Shown here in pieces: positions 1 through 14,000 of a stretch of DNA of 64,000 bases. The stretch's first letter is position 1. The number at the start of each line of letters is the position of its first letter. The stretch lies in contig CP089280.1 in NCBI GenBank assembly GCA_023920165.1, positions 620,001-684,000 on the forward strand, read 5' to 3'. The translations under genes were made by a program, and so were the position numbers. Source of the stretch: Curvularia clavata (Eukaryota). The notes below the pieces were generated by a model. The model saw nothing but the letters and a program-made list of their open reading frames with translations. It searched no databases and was not told where the DNA came from.

Positions 1-937
1 GAACAACCTGGAAATCTTCTCCCGTTACCGACTTCGCCCACGCGTCCTTCGTGACATTACCAACGTCGGAGCGTCCCTGCCAACAACCATCCTTGGCCAC
101 AACTTCTCGGCTCCTTTCTTTATCTCACCATGTGCTCGTGGTGGATATGCAAACCCAGAAGGCGAGCTGGGCCTGGTCAAGGGCGCTGCTGACGCCAACA
201 TCCTATACATGGCGTCGCTCTTCTCATCCAAGAGCATCGACGACATCTACGCCGCCCGCGGTAACGGCTCACAGCAGGTCCTCTTCCAGCAGGTTTACCT
301 GACTAGTGACATGGACGCGACTCAGAAGCTCTTCCGCAAGATTGAGCAGCTGGGCTCCAAGGCCATTGTTCTGACTGTTGACTCTCCTGGCGATGGTGTC
401 AGGCACCGTGCTGCACGCTACGGTGTCGGATCTGCAGATCCTGAGCTCAGTCTTCTGACCTGGGATCTCTACCACAAGCTCTCCAATATGACCTCACTTC
501 CTATTATTCCTAAGGGTATCCAAACCGTTGAGGACGCCCGCGAGGCCGTCAAGCAGGGTGTCAAGGCCATTTTCCTCTCCAACCACGGCGGTCGTCAGTC
601 CGATACTTCGCCCTCTGCCCTCCAGGTCGCGCTCGAGATTCACCAAGAGGACCCCGAAATCTTCAAGCAAATCGAGGTTTACGCCGACGGTGGTGTACGC
701 TACGGCACTGATATCCTGAAGCTCCTTGCTCTTGGCGTCAGGGCCGTTGGTGTCGGCCGGCCCTTCATGTTTGCCAACATCTACGGCGCCGAGGGTGTCT
801 CAAGGGCCGCTGAGCTGCTCAAGTACGAGCTTCTGAACGATGCAGCCAACGTCGGTATCCCTGACCTCAAGAAGATTGGTCCCGAGTACGTCAGCTGGAA
901 GTCCGCCAACCCCTGGGTTGGTAACAGCGAGCTTTAG
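1..937 (+). CDS. FMN-dependent alpha-hydroxy acid dehydrogenase (flavocytochrome b2/glycolate oxidase family), 5'-truncated by the window edge
   Basis: Frame is open from nt 2 (NNLEIFSRYRLRPRVLRD...APFFISP) into ORF 209..937; motifs LTVD, PKGIQ, SNHGGRQ (catalytic His), DGGVRYGTD, GRPF. Confidence 0.93.
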   Translation, partial: NNLEIFSRYRLRPRVLRDITNVGASLPTTILGHNFSAPFFISPCARGGYANPEGELGLVKGAADANILYMASLFSSKSIDDIYAARGNGSQQVLFQQVYLTSDMDATQKLFRKIEQLGSKAIVLTVDSPGDGVRHRAARYGVGSADPELSLLTWDLYHKLSNMTSLPIIPKGIQTVEDAREAVKQGVKAIFLSNHGGRQSDTSPSALQVALEIHQEDPEIFKQIEVYADGGVRYGTDILKLLALGVRAVGVGRPFMFANIYGAEGVSRAAELLKYELLNDAANVGIPDLKKIGPEYVSWKSANPWVGNSEL

Positions 938-3682
938 ATGAGGCGCATTGTCCCGTTCTTTGAGAGCAAAATACCCCTTTATTTCTTTACTGTATATACT
1001 TCCCTGTTCTTTGTATAGATAGTTTCCATCTAGATGTATAAACAATCTTTCTGCCATTTCGAATGTCCTGTAAATTTTGTTCTAACGGTGATCATGTCAT
1101 CTCATTTCACGGGAAGGATCCGTGCTGAGTATCACACAAATTGTAGTGAACGCGCTAAAGATTGGCATGGGCGCTCTCCAGTGACGCAATGTTGTACAAA
1201 AATTACGTGCATGTTCCAGGGGTACCTGGATATCTCTTAGAAGGCTCGCTCTAACTACAAAAGTTCGCGCTAAGACTTTGTGGGGCATGATTATGCAACA
1301 ATGGGATTGTACCAACTCGGAAGGTCATGGCTGTCTCTTTCTTGATATGGACTACTACTGTGGATTCATGATCCGCGTTATCTGGTCACGAAGCACTTGT
1401 TGTTAGCTATCCGCAATAATCAGGATTCTGGGTCACACAAACGACCGAGCATGCCCACGAAGGTGACTCTTCGCTCAGCTCGTCAGTACAACCGTCGCAT
1501 AGTCGAAAATGACACCCAAAAATCGTTCAAAATAGAAATCTGGATACTGAATCACTAGTAGAAATCAGGAAACCACTACCTGTAATAATGAAATCAAGAA
1601 AGTGGATAGAGAAGGCAGGCAATTTGAGTCTCGAGTGCTTGTAACAACGTGATATATAGGGTTATTACAAGGTTGACTACAGAGAACAAGTCAATGTCTT
1701 CGAGCCTAATTGTTGGTCACGAGTACAACTATGATATGTCTCAAAATGGAGAAACTTGAGTATGAGGTGACTTTCCTTCCCCTGAACTCATTCCAACAAT
1801 AGGCACTGCACGACCTGTCACGCGGACCATATCCCCTGATCTAAGAACTGGTGGTTGTGAAAGATGTGATAACTCAGAACACAGTTCATAGCGTCTGTGT
1901 CTTTAGGGCATATGCACCCAACGTGAGCTGCTGGCATCCCCGGTAAGATGTAAAGTTCCGTCCGATGGTGGCGTGCAGCATTCACTACTTCGAACTGCAT
2001 CCAGCCCAGCTGAAGCTGACTGACCAATCCGAGAATTTCCCACAGCCCCACTTTTGTTGAACAGTTTCAGCTGCGAGTATTTCTATATTCTTAAGATGAA
2101 CAGGCAAATAGGTCAACGAAGGCTCTCTTCACACAACTGGAAGATGTCGCAAAGGTTCGATCATATTTCGGCATTCCAGAATCTACACTATAGAGATCCA
2201 ACCGCTTCGTCAGCATTCCCTTGCGCTTATAATTCGGTGAACGTATAGTTCCTTATGATGGACTTGACTATTTTCCAAGCTTGTTGATCCTTGTGATGGC
2301 TTAGTTGACTGACTTCATGCAGTTTCTAGCTAGTCTAGAATATTGAGGGCCAGCGGCTGGCTTCCTCAGCTCGTGATTACGACGCTTCGTGAATGCTTAT
2401 ATGGCAACAACTATTGCTCTTGTAAACGGAAATGCACATGAATGCCAATCATGCTGCTGAATGCTGTTCATTGTTCGGCCAAAGATCACTTTCAAAGATT
2501 TCATGGCTTTTAGAAATAGCGGGATGCAGCCTTTTTCGTCTTTCAATAAAATTGGTACTGCTAGTCGCCACGATGCGTGGAAGAAGAACATTCTTAGTCT
2601 AGGTGGCTATTTCCTGTGTTCTTATTTTGCAATTTCACTTGTTCAAGCTGAAGCCACAGACTGATATGGCAGCACACTTGCCTGATTGTCGGAAGCTGAG
2701 AATTACTGGTGATTTAATGACGAAGGAGGTATTGACGTGCAGCTGGACGGATGGAAGCTCAATGGCTGGATGACTAAGGATCCAGGCAGGAAGACACTTG
2801 AGACAATCAAAAATGGTTTCTACCGGTGGGCAATCCAATGAGAAAATTGACACAATTTTCAATAGTGTGCCTTTGAGCTAGTAGCGTATGGTCAAAAAAA
2901 AAGGATTGGAGATAGATCTCGCTGAAAACACTACTCTTTGGCAACTTACCAATACAGGTGCAAGAACATGGACTATCGTGAGCGAGTATACGACGCGTTG
3001 ACTTCATTCGATAGGTACCGGTGGACTCATTCCAGAGAAGCAAATGCTGATTCACTCAGAGAACGTGAATACTGTAAGCGTGACAGACACACACCCTCAC
3101 AGGGACGTTGACACCTTACAATTCAGGGAAGAAGCGGTTGAGTTTGTTTCAATACCGGTCGTTTCTCAATTAGCTTTTTGGAAATATATTTTTTTGGTTA
3201 ACGTTCTTTGTTCTTCATCATCGCCTGCAACTTTGTGGAAGCGCACTAAAATGTCTCGGAAACAATATTTGGACCAGCAAAACTCTCAAACTGCGTCGAT
3301 CACAAGAGATTTTCTTGACATCAGGTATCTTTACAGTTGTGGGATAAAGCTATAACTCAGCTTTAAGTCTCTCTAAATAACATCTTCAGCCTTGTCAAAG
3401 GCCATCGACAGGCATTGTCTCAGCCGCACCTCAGCTGCAGCCTTCTGCTGAACCTAGCCAATCGTACTGCAGTGGCACCCATAATGTGTCAACCCCATGG
3501 TTTCGCCCCACGATTGCTAGTCAGTCTGGAACAGCCAGGCTTCTAGGTTCCTATGCGTATCGTGCGCGAGCTTCCTCGTTTTCTTGCAATGACGGCGGCA
3601 CAATAGCGCAACACAAGCAGCATAGTAACGTCCATCAACAAGTAAGGACCTACCACGAGGCATCCACAAGTGTAATATCCAA

Positions 3683-4752
3683 ATGCCGCCAGCGCTGCAG
3701 CATCCAGCGCTGGCGCAGTCTGCCAAATCTTTTATCCAGGTTCCTCAAGTAAGCTATTGAGTATCATTGACGAAAAGAATCAAGTATCGTCTACTAACTC
3801 CAGCAGCGCCTTTTAGCAGCCATTGAGCACATCCTCATCACGATAGCAACTCTACCATACTACCGCCTCTACCACTTCAACACCCTTGATCCAATCCGAA
3901 AACTCGCCCAGCTCGCATCCACACCATCGGATTCTGAAAAAGTTCACCGTGCGCTCTCATCATGGCGCGAGCGAAAACTGCGAGAACTACAATTCACCAC
4001 CATTTCGGTAAGCGGCCCTGCGATTACATCTACCCACCACCACCACTTCCCCTTTCCTTTTGTATTACCTAAAAGAGAAAATTGATTCCACAAATGGGAC
4101 GATTAATTTATAACTCCAGTGCACCGTCCTCGCCGCCGCCGTCATCGGCGCCTTCTCCTGGACCACCATCGCAGACGCCTACTGGCTAACGCACGGCTTC
4201 TGGCACATGAGCCTGATCCTCGCCATCCTCGGCATCTTGCTCTCCGCATCTGAAGTAACTGTGCTAGATCTACTCGGTCCACTAACACTCCCGCCACCCT
4301 CGCATGCACAAGCTCTGTCAACCATCGACGGCATGGTAGATAGGTACCGGCCACTGCTACTGTCACCTACAACATCGGCTTCTGGCGGACAGCACTATGT
4401 CCCGAGACGCAAAATGGTTTTTACGTGGCAGGCGCCGGTTATGTTTATGTCGTATTCTGTCTGCGCCTTTTTGGGTGGTTTGACGATCTTGGTGTGCACG
4501 CCGTTTATACGACACGAGCGGGAGTGGGGGAGTGGACACAATGTACGTATCCCCCTTGTGATCTAGCACCATATTATGCAAAAATGTGGCAGAGGGAGTT
4601 TGCTAACGTCGATGTAGATTGCGGTCATGTATCTTACTGCATTTGTAGGGGGTGTGACAGCTTTTGCGTTTTGCTCATTTTGGGTGTATCATTATGTGGA
4701 TGTGGGGCATGATGACTGTAATCACAATGCGAATGGCGGAACTGGGCCTTAG
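3683..4752 (+). CDS. Multi-pass membrane protein of unknown function; 5' end uncertain
   Basis: Spliced frame ...WRERKLRELQFTTIS | CTVLAAAVIGAFSW...MSLILAILGILLS...WQAPVMFMSYS...GHN | IAVMYLTAF...; GT..CTAAC..AG introns at ~3749-3803, ~4008-4119 and ~4543-4617. Start codon not resolved. Confidence 0.7.
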
Positions 4753-5073
4753 GTTATGTTCTCGAATGCATCGATGGGAAACTGCATTTGGCGTTCATAG
4801 ACTAGACACAAAATTGCTATCCGCAAACTTAACACCTGACCAGATTCACATTTGCTTCTCGGCATAAAACTTGAATAGTTTTCTTTGTCCTATTATTTAG
4901 GATATTTTGCTACAGGAATATGCATTACGACTCATTGTCGTCTTAAACTAAAAATATGAACATGAAGAATAGTAGCCCATCATACTAGGCGCTCGGCTCC
5001 CCAGAAAAAAAACGCCAAATCGCTCATCCATAACCATCGTATCAACATCACTTTCATCAACAACAACACTCGT

Positions 5074-6630
5074 TTAGTTAAGTCCAACAGCAATGGCAGC
5101 AAGAGCCCAGTCCATGAAACCAGCATTGGTGTCCAGGATGTTCTGGTTGAACTCAGTGAGGGTGGGGTAAAAGTTTGTGGCATAGCCGAATTCCATGGTG
5201 ACTAAAGCATGCAGAATTAGTATCGAAGTAATATTTGCAAGCTGGAAAGAGTTGAAAACTTACAGCCATGGACCTTGTTGGCACCAGACTTGGCGTACAC
5301 ACGGCTGGCTGCGTAGTCGTCTGAGGCACCGGATGTAGCGTAGAGACCAACCGACTGCATGGACGAGTACGAACGTCCACCTACTGCGGCCACTGTGAAA
5401 AAAGGGGTTAGTCTTCGTTGTGTATGAACGAATGATAGATAACTTACTAGCAGCAGCCGTCTTGGAAGCAACGGACTTGATGTTGGAGGCATCGGCCGAG
5501 GGAATGTACTCCTTGTAAGTGGAGTCACCAATACGGCCTCGCTTTCCGTCGTAGGCGCTGTTAAGGAAGTTCATGGCGGTGTTTGTGCTCTGGAGCTCGT
5601 CATCACCCCAGTTGTACAGGATGTCTCCGGTGGCCGAGTGGATGTCCATGAACCAGCGGATCTTAGGGAAGCTGTCGTAGATGCTCACGTGGTTCTTAGT
5701 CTCGGACTCAGAGGCAGCAGCAGTGCCGTAGAAAGCTTCCGAGCTGGGCGAGCGGGAGGCAGGGGAGGTTGAGGGGTCAAAGAACTTGGGGAAGTTCCAG
5801 AGGAAGTCAAAGTTACGGTTGATATCAACACCAACAGAAGCACCGCTTGAGCCAGATTTGGTGTTGCGGTTCTTGCGCCAGAGCGAGCCGGAGGACTGGT
5901 CATAGGCGACTCCGTCAGGGTTGACAAGAGGGAAGAAGACAATACCAGCGGCGAGGACACTCTTGACTTGGGCGTTGGTGTATGTCTTTCGGCCGTATGT
6001 GAGACCGGTTCCGGCCTTGTTTGCAGCAAGCAAGTCGGAAATCCAGTAGATGAGCTGATCTGGGCCACCACGCTCACGTGCGTGCATACCAGCACTGAGA
6101 TAAAGCTTGTACTGGGACTTGTCTGTGCCGGCGCCAACGTATCCAGCGGTTTGTGTCGCACCCTGGAAAGTCTTGTATGGCAGAGTGATGGTGCTGATAC
6201 CGTAACCATTGACGAGACCCTTGATAGCCGAGTTGATCTCGTTGACGTTCATGATGGAGCTGATAGTTGATCCTGAGGCTTTGGTACCGAGACCAGATGG
6301 GGTAACAGCGCCACCCTGCCATCGGTCGCCAGAGCCAATAGGCGCATCGGCAGCCCTCTTGCTAAGGTCTCGTCGATGAAGAGTGATCTCATTCGAGTTC
6401 TCGTATTCCTTGGTCAGGTGGGCAATTTGCTCCTCCGTCAGTAGAGCGTGGAGCTCAAAGTGGCCATCCTGGTGTGGAACGGCCTTTGGTCGGCAGCCCA
6501 AATCGTATGTGCCGTTGTTCACGATATCCAAAAAGTGGTTGGGCGTGGGTGCTTTGAAATGAACTGGAAGAAGACTTCCAAGTACAGTTGTACTCTGGAG
6601 TATCAACGCTGAAGCGAGAGCGTACTTCAT
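5074..6630 (-). CDS. Secreted zinc carboxypeptidase, family M14 (carboxypeptidase A/B-like)
   Basis: Signal peptide MKYALASALIL, KR-ending propeptide, motifs HARE, NPDG, RKNR, DINRN, DIHS. Two 3' introns (~5449-5395, ~5263-5202) restore GFTMEFG (catalytic Glu) and the stop at 5074. Confidence 0.92.
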
Positions 6631-7630
6631 TTTGAAATCGGTCCTTTTCTTACTAAAGAAAAAGCGAGAGTGTATGACAGACAAAGGATGAAGTGTACCT
6701 CTTCAGTGCTGAATTTGGTAGCAAAGAAGCCGCCTTTTACACCTCTTCGGCCTCCGCCTTACTATGATCGACCTTCTTGTAACGGTTGTGATATCACACC
6801 CCCAGGCTTAGTCCGTCTGCATGTTGATGGGGTGGTAAGCCCGTGATTGGCCCGCGATGTGAATTGGTTTCGGGCGCTAGTATCATCTCCTTCTTCTTCT
6901 GTCTCTCCTCCGCAGAAACCCCTGATGCACCTGCCCGGGAGGATCAAGTAGATCCTGTAGAGCGTCGTGACTAGGGCTGAGCTGGCCCTTGTGAGCTGCC
7001 TCGTTTGATAAGATAAATTGGAGCGCGACGAAAAGCAAGTGTTTTGGGGCAAAGCTTGAACTCGGAAGCGCAGCTGCCAATGCACACCGGTTATCTGCGA
7101 CTTGGCACTCCAATGTGGTAATAGAATGGTCGAGCAGCATTTCCAGATTCATGCAATGTTGCCGCCGGCATGGTCAACCTGATAAGTCATGCTGTAGGAG
7201 ACGATGAAGACAGAAGGTACGGAGTAGATATCAGTGGGTGAGAGGTGCCCCCTATCGTCATCTCGGAGTCGTAAACAGCTCCGCCCCCTCAGGGGCACTT
7301 GAAACATGATTTCTTTTGTTCAACATGCCAGCTCAAGGGATGCTGATGACGTGCAGCCATAGGGTCAGGTGGGCGAGTCGTGAAGCGCCATTCCAAGGTC
7401 TTGGACTGATCGCTGCCAAGACTGTCCACGTGTCCGGCTTCGCAGCGGAGAAAATCGCCCAGCGACTGCACCTGCGCAAATAGGAAACACCGCAAACTCG
7501 CGCCAAGACTGCTCTGAACATGGACATGGTTCATTCAATACATACATACAACTCATAACATCATGACCTGGATATCGTCAAATCGTGTGCACCATCTCAT
7601 CGTCTAGCGCGTGTCCTCCCAATGCAAAGT

Positions 7631-10600
7631 CTAAGAATCAAAAATCGCCCCGTACGCCGGTATCCCTCTCTTCTCCATGTCGAAGACTATCTGTCTAGTA
7701 AAGCGCTTGTTGCTAATCACTAGCACCGCTTCTGCCCCGCTCTCTTTGTAAAGTTTATATGTCAACAGACTCATATCTGGCTTTCCAGACATGCGTGTGT
7801 TGTGAATGACGGCCTTTGGGTCTCTCTGGAGCACGTCCTCGACCATGGCCTTTCCGAACGTCGCCTCGTGGTTGGGTGCTGTCCAGAGAATGCGCATGGC
7901 AATGTGCTTGTAGGGGAAAATAGAAAGGCACGGGCCGATGCCGGATCCAGTCGCTACAACAACCACGCTCTTGAATAGTGTTGCAATCCGCAGGACTCCG
8001 GACGTCGGGATCCCTCGTCTCCAAACGTGCGTTGGCGCACTGTCGATCATGTGACCTGTGAAATCTCCAGCCCGGCTGACAATGACTGAGTAGCCATCAT
8101 TCGGTCCATTGGTGATCGTAGCAAAGCCATGGAAGTCTCCTAGTGGGTGTTGCGCAAGACGGATACCTTTACCGGGACCGAGGTTGGAGTTGAAGTGTAG
8201 CCGGACAGCATGAGACGAGAGAACTTCGGGTATGACCGCAACCCGTCGGAGGAACAGCCAGGGGAAGATGATTGCACAGGTAGCGACTGTTATGAGCCAC
8301 AGCGAAGAGCTCTTCACAAAGGCCTCTGAAGCTGACAGCCCAATTGGACGGGCCATCTCCGCGGTCGAAAGGCCGATGAGTACCCAGTAGAGAATAAGCA
8401 CTGTCCACCCACCAAAGCGATGCAGACCCTCCCACAAGTCGTGGTACCGGTTCCGGAGGTATGGGTGCGACATCGCGGTCATCGTAAGTAATAAGAACAT
8501 GATAAAGTACGACAAGATCACCGGCGCCAACGAGATGGCTCTCTCATTGGCATCCTTGGCCAGCTCCAGGCTCGCACCAACAACAAAGATGATGAACCAT
8601 ATGAGCGCGGCGATTGCGCATCCTACATGAATGCCACCGATGTGGAAAACATTTGCGCAGATGCACCGTATCCTAAGCGGTACCCAGGTGGGGACCGATG
8701 AAAAAACTTTGAACAACAGATTGATGACTGGCTCTGAACGTATCAGGATCGCAGCGCAGAGGTTTGCTGCAGTGGCATCTGCGACTGAGGAGAGAGGGTA
8801 TGTCTTGTTCTTGATGTTGTCGTAGAGAAGCCAGCATGCGACTCCGATGTTGGTCAGGACGACCGGAAGAAGCAGCCAGCGGTATGCAATCATGCCGCGG
8901 TGCCGTACCCAGGCTTGTGTCCGCGATTGCTTGGGCTGTGGTAGTGCAGTCAATGTCTCGTACGGCTCAGGGCTTTCGCTTCCTGAGCGACGCTCGATAC
9001 TCTTGGCCAGGAATCCCTTTTCAAGATCCAGATCCTGTGAAAGCGCTCGTGGGCTGTCGTGCACAATGGCGGCAAGAGGAGCCTCGATTTTCTTGGGTTC
9101 GTCGTAGACATCGACGCCAGAGTCGACTCGTGCATGTCCCTTTTTGGTCGACTCGACCTCTGCTTTGGCGGTGCTTGTTTCTGCGGCGAGCGCCGTAAGC
9201 TGCGCCTTGTCGACTTTGCCGTTGGGGTTCAACGGAACGTCATCAACACGGATCCATCGTTCTGGGACGGAATAGTAGGGTAGTTGTTTTCGGAGGTAGG
9301 TGTCAATCTCCTTCTCATCGACTGGGACGGAAGAAGCGTAGAAGCCGTGAAGGACTCCGTCGATAATTAAAGATGCGCCTCGGGTGACCCCAGGGAATTG
9401 CTGTTATACAGTGTTAGCAACAGTGATGGATATAGAGTAGACACTGCTTACCTCGATGACGGTAGTAATGCCGTCGAGTTCCACGCGGAAGCCCTACAAA
9501 AGTCAATACCACTTCCTGAGCAACGATTGAAGTGCTAGACGTACCTTGATCTTTACCTGGTCATCCATTCGCCCGAATGAGTCCAGCGAGCCATCAGCTC
9601 GCCAGCAGACAATATTGCCAAAGTTGTACATCATGGAGCTGATTCATCATTAGCGCATTCTGTAAGAGCAGGAAGGTTGCTTACCCATCGTTCGCAAACT
9701 TGTCGAGCTGGAACTTCTCTGCGGTAGTCAAGGGCAGGTTGATATAGCCTTTCGCCACACCTCTACCCCCGACCCACAATGTTCCTTTCTCTCCTACTGG
9801 TACCGGCTTACCCTGGTCATCGAGAACATAACATCTTGTGTTTGGAAGTGGCCGACCGATCGACAAGTGCTCACCCTTGACATGGCGATGTGAGGATAGC
9901 AAGAAGGTTTCAGTGGAACCAAGCAGATTGTAGAAGTCCCTTTCCTGGGCCCATTCATCAGCGAGACTGAAGGTTCGTTAGTATGAGCTCGGTTTCTCGC
10001 GCAGGTAATACACTCACGCTTGCGGGCATGCTTCTCCTGCTACAGCGATCGTCTTGATGTTTGGATAATTCCGTTGGTCGTACTTGGAGAGGATGGAGGG
10101 AGTGCATATTAACGTGTCGATCTGCACCGCTAGTTAGCTTGACGTTGGCTAGTAGACGCGACTATCTCAACTGACCTGTTTCAGGGTCGCATTCCAGTCG
10201 GATCCCCGGAGGTATAGTGTTCCGCCATTAATCAAACAACCCAACATCTCCCATGCTCCTAGATATGTTTAGCATAACGATTAAACATGATTTCAAGCGT
10301 TGTCTGACTTACCCATGGCGAAGGAGATGCTCAGAACCTGCCCAACCTTCGAGCCAACGGTGATGCCCAATTTTCCAGGCTCTGAGAGGAGGGCACTAGT
10401 CTTAGTACCGTGTCTAACATCGACACCTTTCGGAACGCCAGTGCTTCCTTCAAAGATTGTCAGCGGGAGATCAACACCAAACATCTAGCCTCACATACCT
10501 GATGTGTACATGGCATAAACACCATCCTCAGCAGTGACTTGGATGTTCGGCCTGAATGGAGAGTAGAAGGCTCCAGTGTTCATGTTCAACTCCAGGACGA

Positions 10601-11081
10601 GAGCCTCTGGGCTCGCAAACTGTTTGACTCGATCCCAGTATCTAGGAAGGCACAAAATGAATCGCGATTCTGTGTCCTCGAAGATATGTTTGAGTGCTTG
10701 ATCAGAGGCAACACCGCCATCGATTGGAACATATTGGCAGCCGGCTTTGAGGATTGCCAGGAAGCCAATGAGCATCTCTATCGACCTTTGGACGACGAGA
10801 CATACTCTTTGCCTTGGGCGAAGCCCTGAGCCAATGAGATGATGTGCGAGACGGTTGGCTGCGAGGTCCAGTTGGAGGTAGGTGATGCTTTGGCCTTCGT
10901 GGACAGCGGCTACTACTGCCGGGTGTTCATCGACAATTCGTTCGAAGGCTTCGTGTACGGTCGCGGGCGAGAAGGATAGTGTTGGGCCGGACCCGAACGA
11001 AGAGATCAAGGTTTGATCTTCAAGAGATAGATCCGACATACCGTGAAACATGTTTGGCTCCTGCATGTTACCAGCACGCAA
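7631..11081 (-). CDS. TmpL/NPS12-like NRPS-like protein: adenylation domain, ~6 TM ferric-reductase-like domain and FAD/NAD(P)-binding domain, with no thiolation or condensation domain
   Basis: A-domain motifs ILKAGCQYVPID, YTSGSTGVPKGV, GSTET, IGRPLPN, FGRMDDQVKIKGFRVEL and NGKVDK spread over ~7 introns, followed by TM helices, HRFGGW, FHGFATI, VATGSGIGP and GAIFDS*. Confidence 0.85.
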
Positions 11082-14000
11082 TGAGATTATGATGTGCAGA
11101 AGTAGGGGGAAAGTCTCTTAAATCCTGGTAGACTAAGCAGACTATATCTATGTCAATAAAACGCGTGATCAAGGCGCAAGCTCAGCAGATGGCGGGATGC
11201 GGTGTAGTAGCGCATGTCAAAAAACGGTGCGATATGCGCTTATTCGCCCATGACTTAGAGAAATACATTATGTAGCAAAAATACCGAATACCGCTATCTG
11301 GTCTAGTGAGTCTTGACGGACGCCGCGTGGCTGCATCTCGGCTCTCCCGTGTTGCATGCTTCATCAGTGCGTGATTTCGATCCCACTGTTTGCTCAAGGC
11401 GTAGCGCTGATTTGCCAGATCTTCCCATTCAATTCACATGTGGATGTACCTCCATATCTCGGTCGGGCCAGAGCGGGGTCCTCAAACAGGGTCGTGGCTG
11501 GTTCACTGTCACGACCTGCAGTTGTGTGTCTGCACGATCATGTCTCCGTGCCGCCCCAGACTCGTTGACGATCGAGCATGCGGCTGGATATACCAGATTA
11601 GGATACAAGTATTGAATAGAAATCTAGTCGATACTCGTCAAGATACTATTCTTTTTCTTTCGTGTCAAGTGGAGCGTAGGTGATCTGCAAGATTTCGAGC
11701 TATCACACTTGGGAATGGCTACCGAGGCACTGGAAAGTCCATAGCTGATGCATGCTACTGACCACCTTTGCACAACTATGCATTCTCATGTCATGGGTTC
11801 GCCATAGAATCCGGGAAACTGTTCCGGATGTGTGGACAGCTGGCCGATCTTGTGGAGAAGTCGTATATAGACCTAGCAAAGATTGCCCGATTGCCGACAC
11901 CTAACTGGTGACTTGTTGACAGTATTTTTCTAAGCCCAGCAATATCATATACAAGTCCGATTGGCTGTTAAAAATGCGGCGTACGCTAGGTGGCGAGAAT
12001 ACAGTCCACGATGTTGGCTTCCGAATACAGGAGATGGACCGACTGGGATGGTGGGTTAAACTGGGAGACGGAGCACTATGGTGCACCATGCACACTGGCT
12101 CGTTGTAACTGGAAGCCTTGCCGACTGGCCTAGTTTAGCCAAGCGCAGTACCGTTTCTAGAGGAGAGTATAGCGACAAAGTGCTAGATGATTTGCTTAAT
12201 GCTGGGAAAGATACCCACCCAAGGCCTGGATGAGACTGACTTGACTACACTATCAGACGATGTAACTTCCATGGACAGCTTTAGCCAGCGTTCTCGTCGA
12301 CCCCGCCGCGAAGTTTGGCCGTCGAAGGACACTCGGTAAAGCCACTGCGTCGTAGGAGCGTGGCCTGAAGCCAGTGAAATGTTTTCACCCGCTCGGCACG
12401 GCTCGCTTGCTACCAACTGGTCCATTCAAGCGGCAGTAGTTCCCCGATACTGTCGGCTTGTCGGGTCAGATAGGTGTGCATACGGCTGGCGGGTTTCCAG
12501 AAATTCTGTCATGGCTGATTCACCTTGTAGCCAGCGCCTCATTTTCTGTGATGAGCAGTTTAGGAAAGACATTGACAAGCGAGGCTGACTTGACTGATGC
12601 TGGGTAAGCCGTGTGGATGTGTGGAGAGGGTCAGCTCGAGGGCGAGTAGCGCTTGACCGGCAGGAGCCTGCTTGCTGCGCTGGCCATGCAGCTCAAGCAT
12701 AGTGCCTGGTCAACACGAAGTCTTCCGTCTTGGAGCAACGCCAATGGCGACAGCCGTGTGCGCGACAAGATTTAGAGCTTCGGCGTCCGGAAGTGGCTTG
12801 AGTTAGCGCCGGTGGATGCTGCCGGTGGGTGAGTCTAAACTAGAAGCGTGGAAAGAATGCTGCTACGGGATGGTGGAGCGGGTCGACGGTGCAATAGAAG
12901 GAGAGAACGCCTCGTGGCGCGTCTGGACACGAAGGCCGTGACCGGGGCCAGGCCCAGCATATTGTCGACCATGGATTCTGTACCAGGGCGGCGATGGTGT
13001 CGAAGAAACTGCTGGGAGCAGCGCAGCGGGCAATTTTTTTGGACGGGGCCAAGCTCGGCAGGGTCCTGGCAAGACACGTGTAGTGGGCGCCGATCGAATA
13101 CGTCCTTCTGAAGATCTGCAAATCCCGCAATATCCACTAGTTCGCATCAAGCCTCACTACCTCTCTAGACACGGCCAGCCACTTTCACTCCTCAGCCGAC
13201 GCCCGCTGGCGCCGAGTAGCTGGCGTCTACTAGCTGGCCGACACATCGTACCATCACCCGCTATGTCTGACTTGCTATCAGCCTGTCTGATATCGCATCT
13301 TTGTCCACATGCAATCACCATCTCCGAACTGGCACACCTGCTCTCTTGTGTGCATCCTTCACCCAGCAGTCTTCTGGGCCCACATATCTACCTCTCAAAG
13401 CGTCAGCTGAAAATCCTTTCTTCCATTTACAGCAGTGCCCCATTGCCCAAATAGTCGGTGAAGTCGACAGCCACTCACGTGACGGCCAGTCTCCCGCATG
13501 GGTCCATCTTCAACTACCTCTGACTTGGGCGAATCCAGTGGCTCCGCCGTGCAGGGTACCATTACCCCGCTTTAGTGTGCACACCTAGAACATGCGGCTC
13601 TTGGTATGAACTTTATCTTCTCTTGCTGTTTTCCCAGCCACCTCGCACCAACGGCGAAGGACAACTCAGCTCCCACCTGGCTCGACGAGTCAGCATGACA
13701 CGCTTCTCATGCTCGCGCTTGACGCAACTCTAGGTTATTGCGACATCTAGACGCGCTCATGATGGAACCTCGCTTATAGCCCATGTGAGGGTAGTCTTGG
13801 ATATGCCGGATCTACAAGCCTATTCCAATTCGAGACGTTGGAATTCTCGTCAATGTCATCACCTCCACATCTGCAGGCTGCCAGTACATAGTATGCGTCC
13901 CCATCACGACGTGGGTCATAACAAGCAACTCGAGTCGAGGCGACGTGGGCCGTTGTTGCGCGTCCTTGCAGCAATTGCCGACGCCACCAGATGGATGAGT

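Noticed and set aside
940..3480. Short ORFs in an AT-richer intergenic region
   Set aside because: No recognisable motifs or coherent exon chain.
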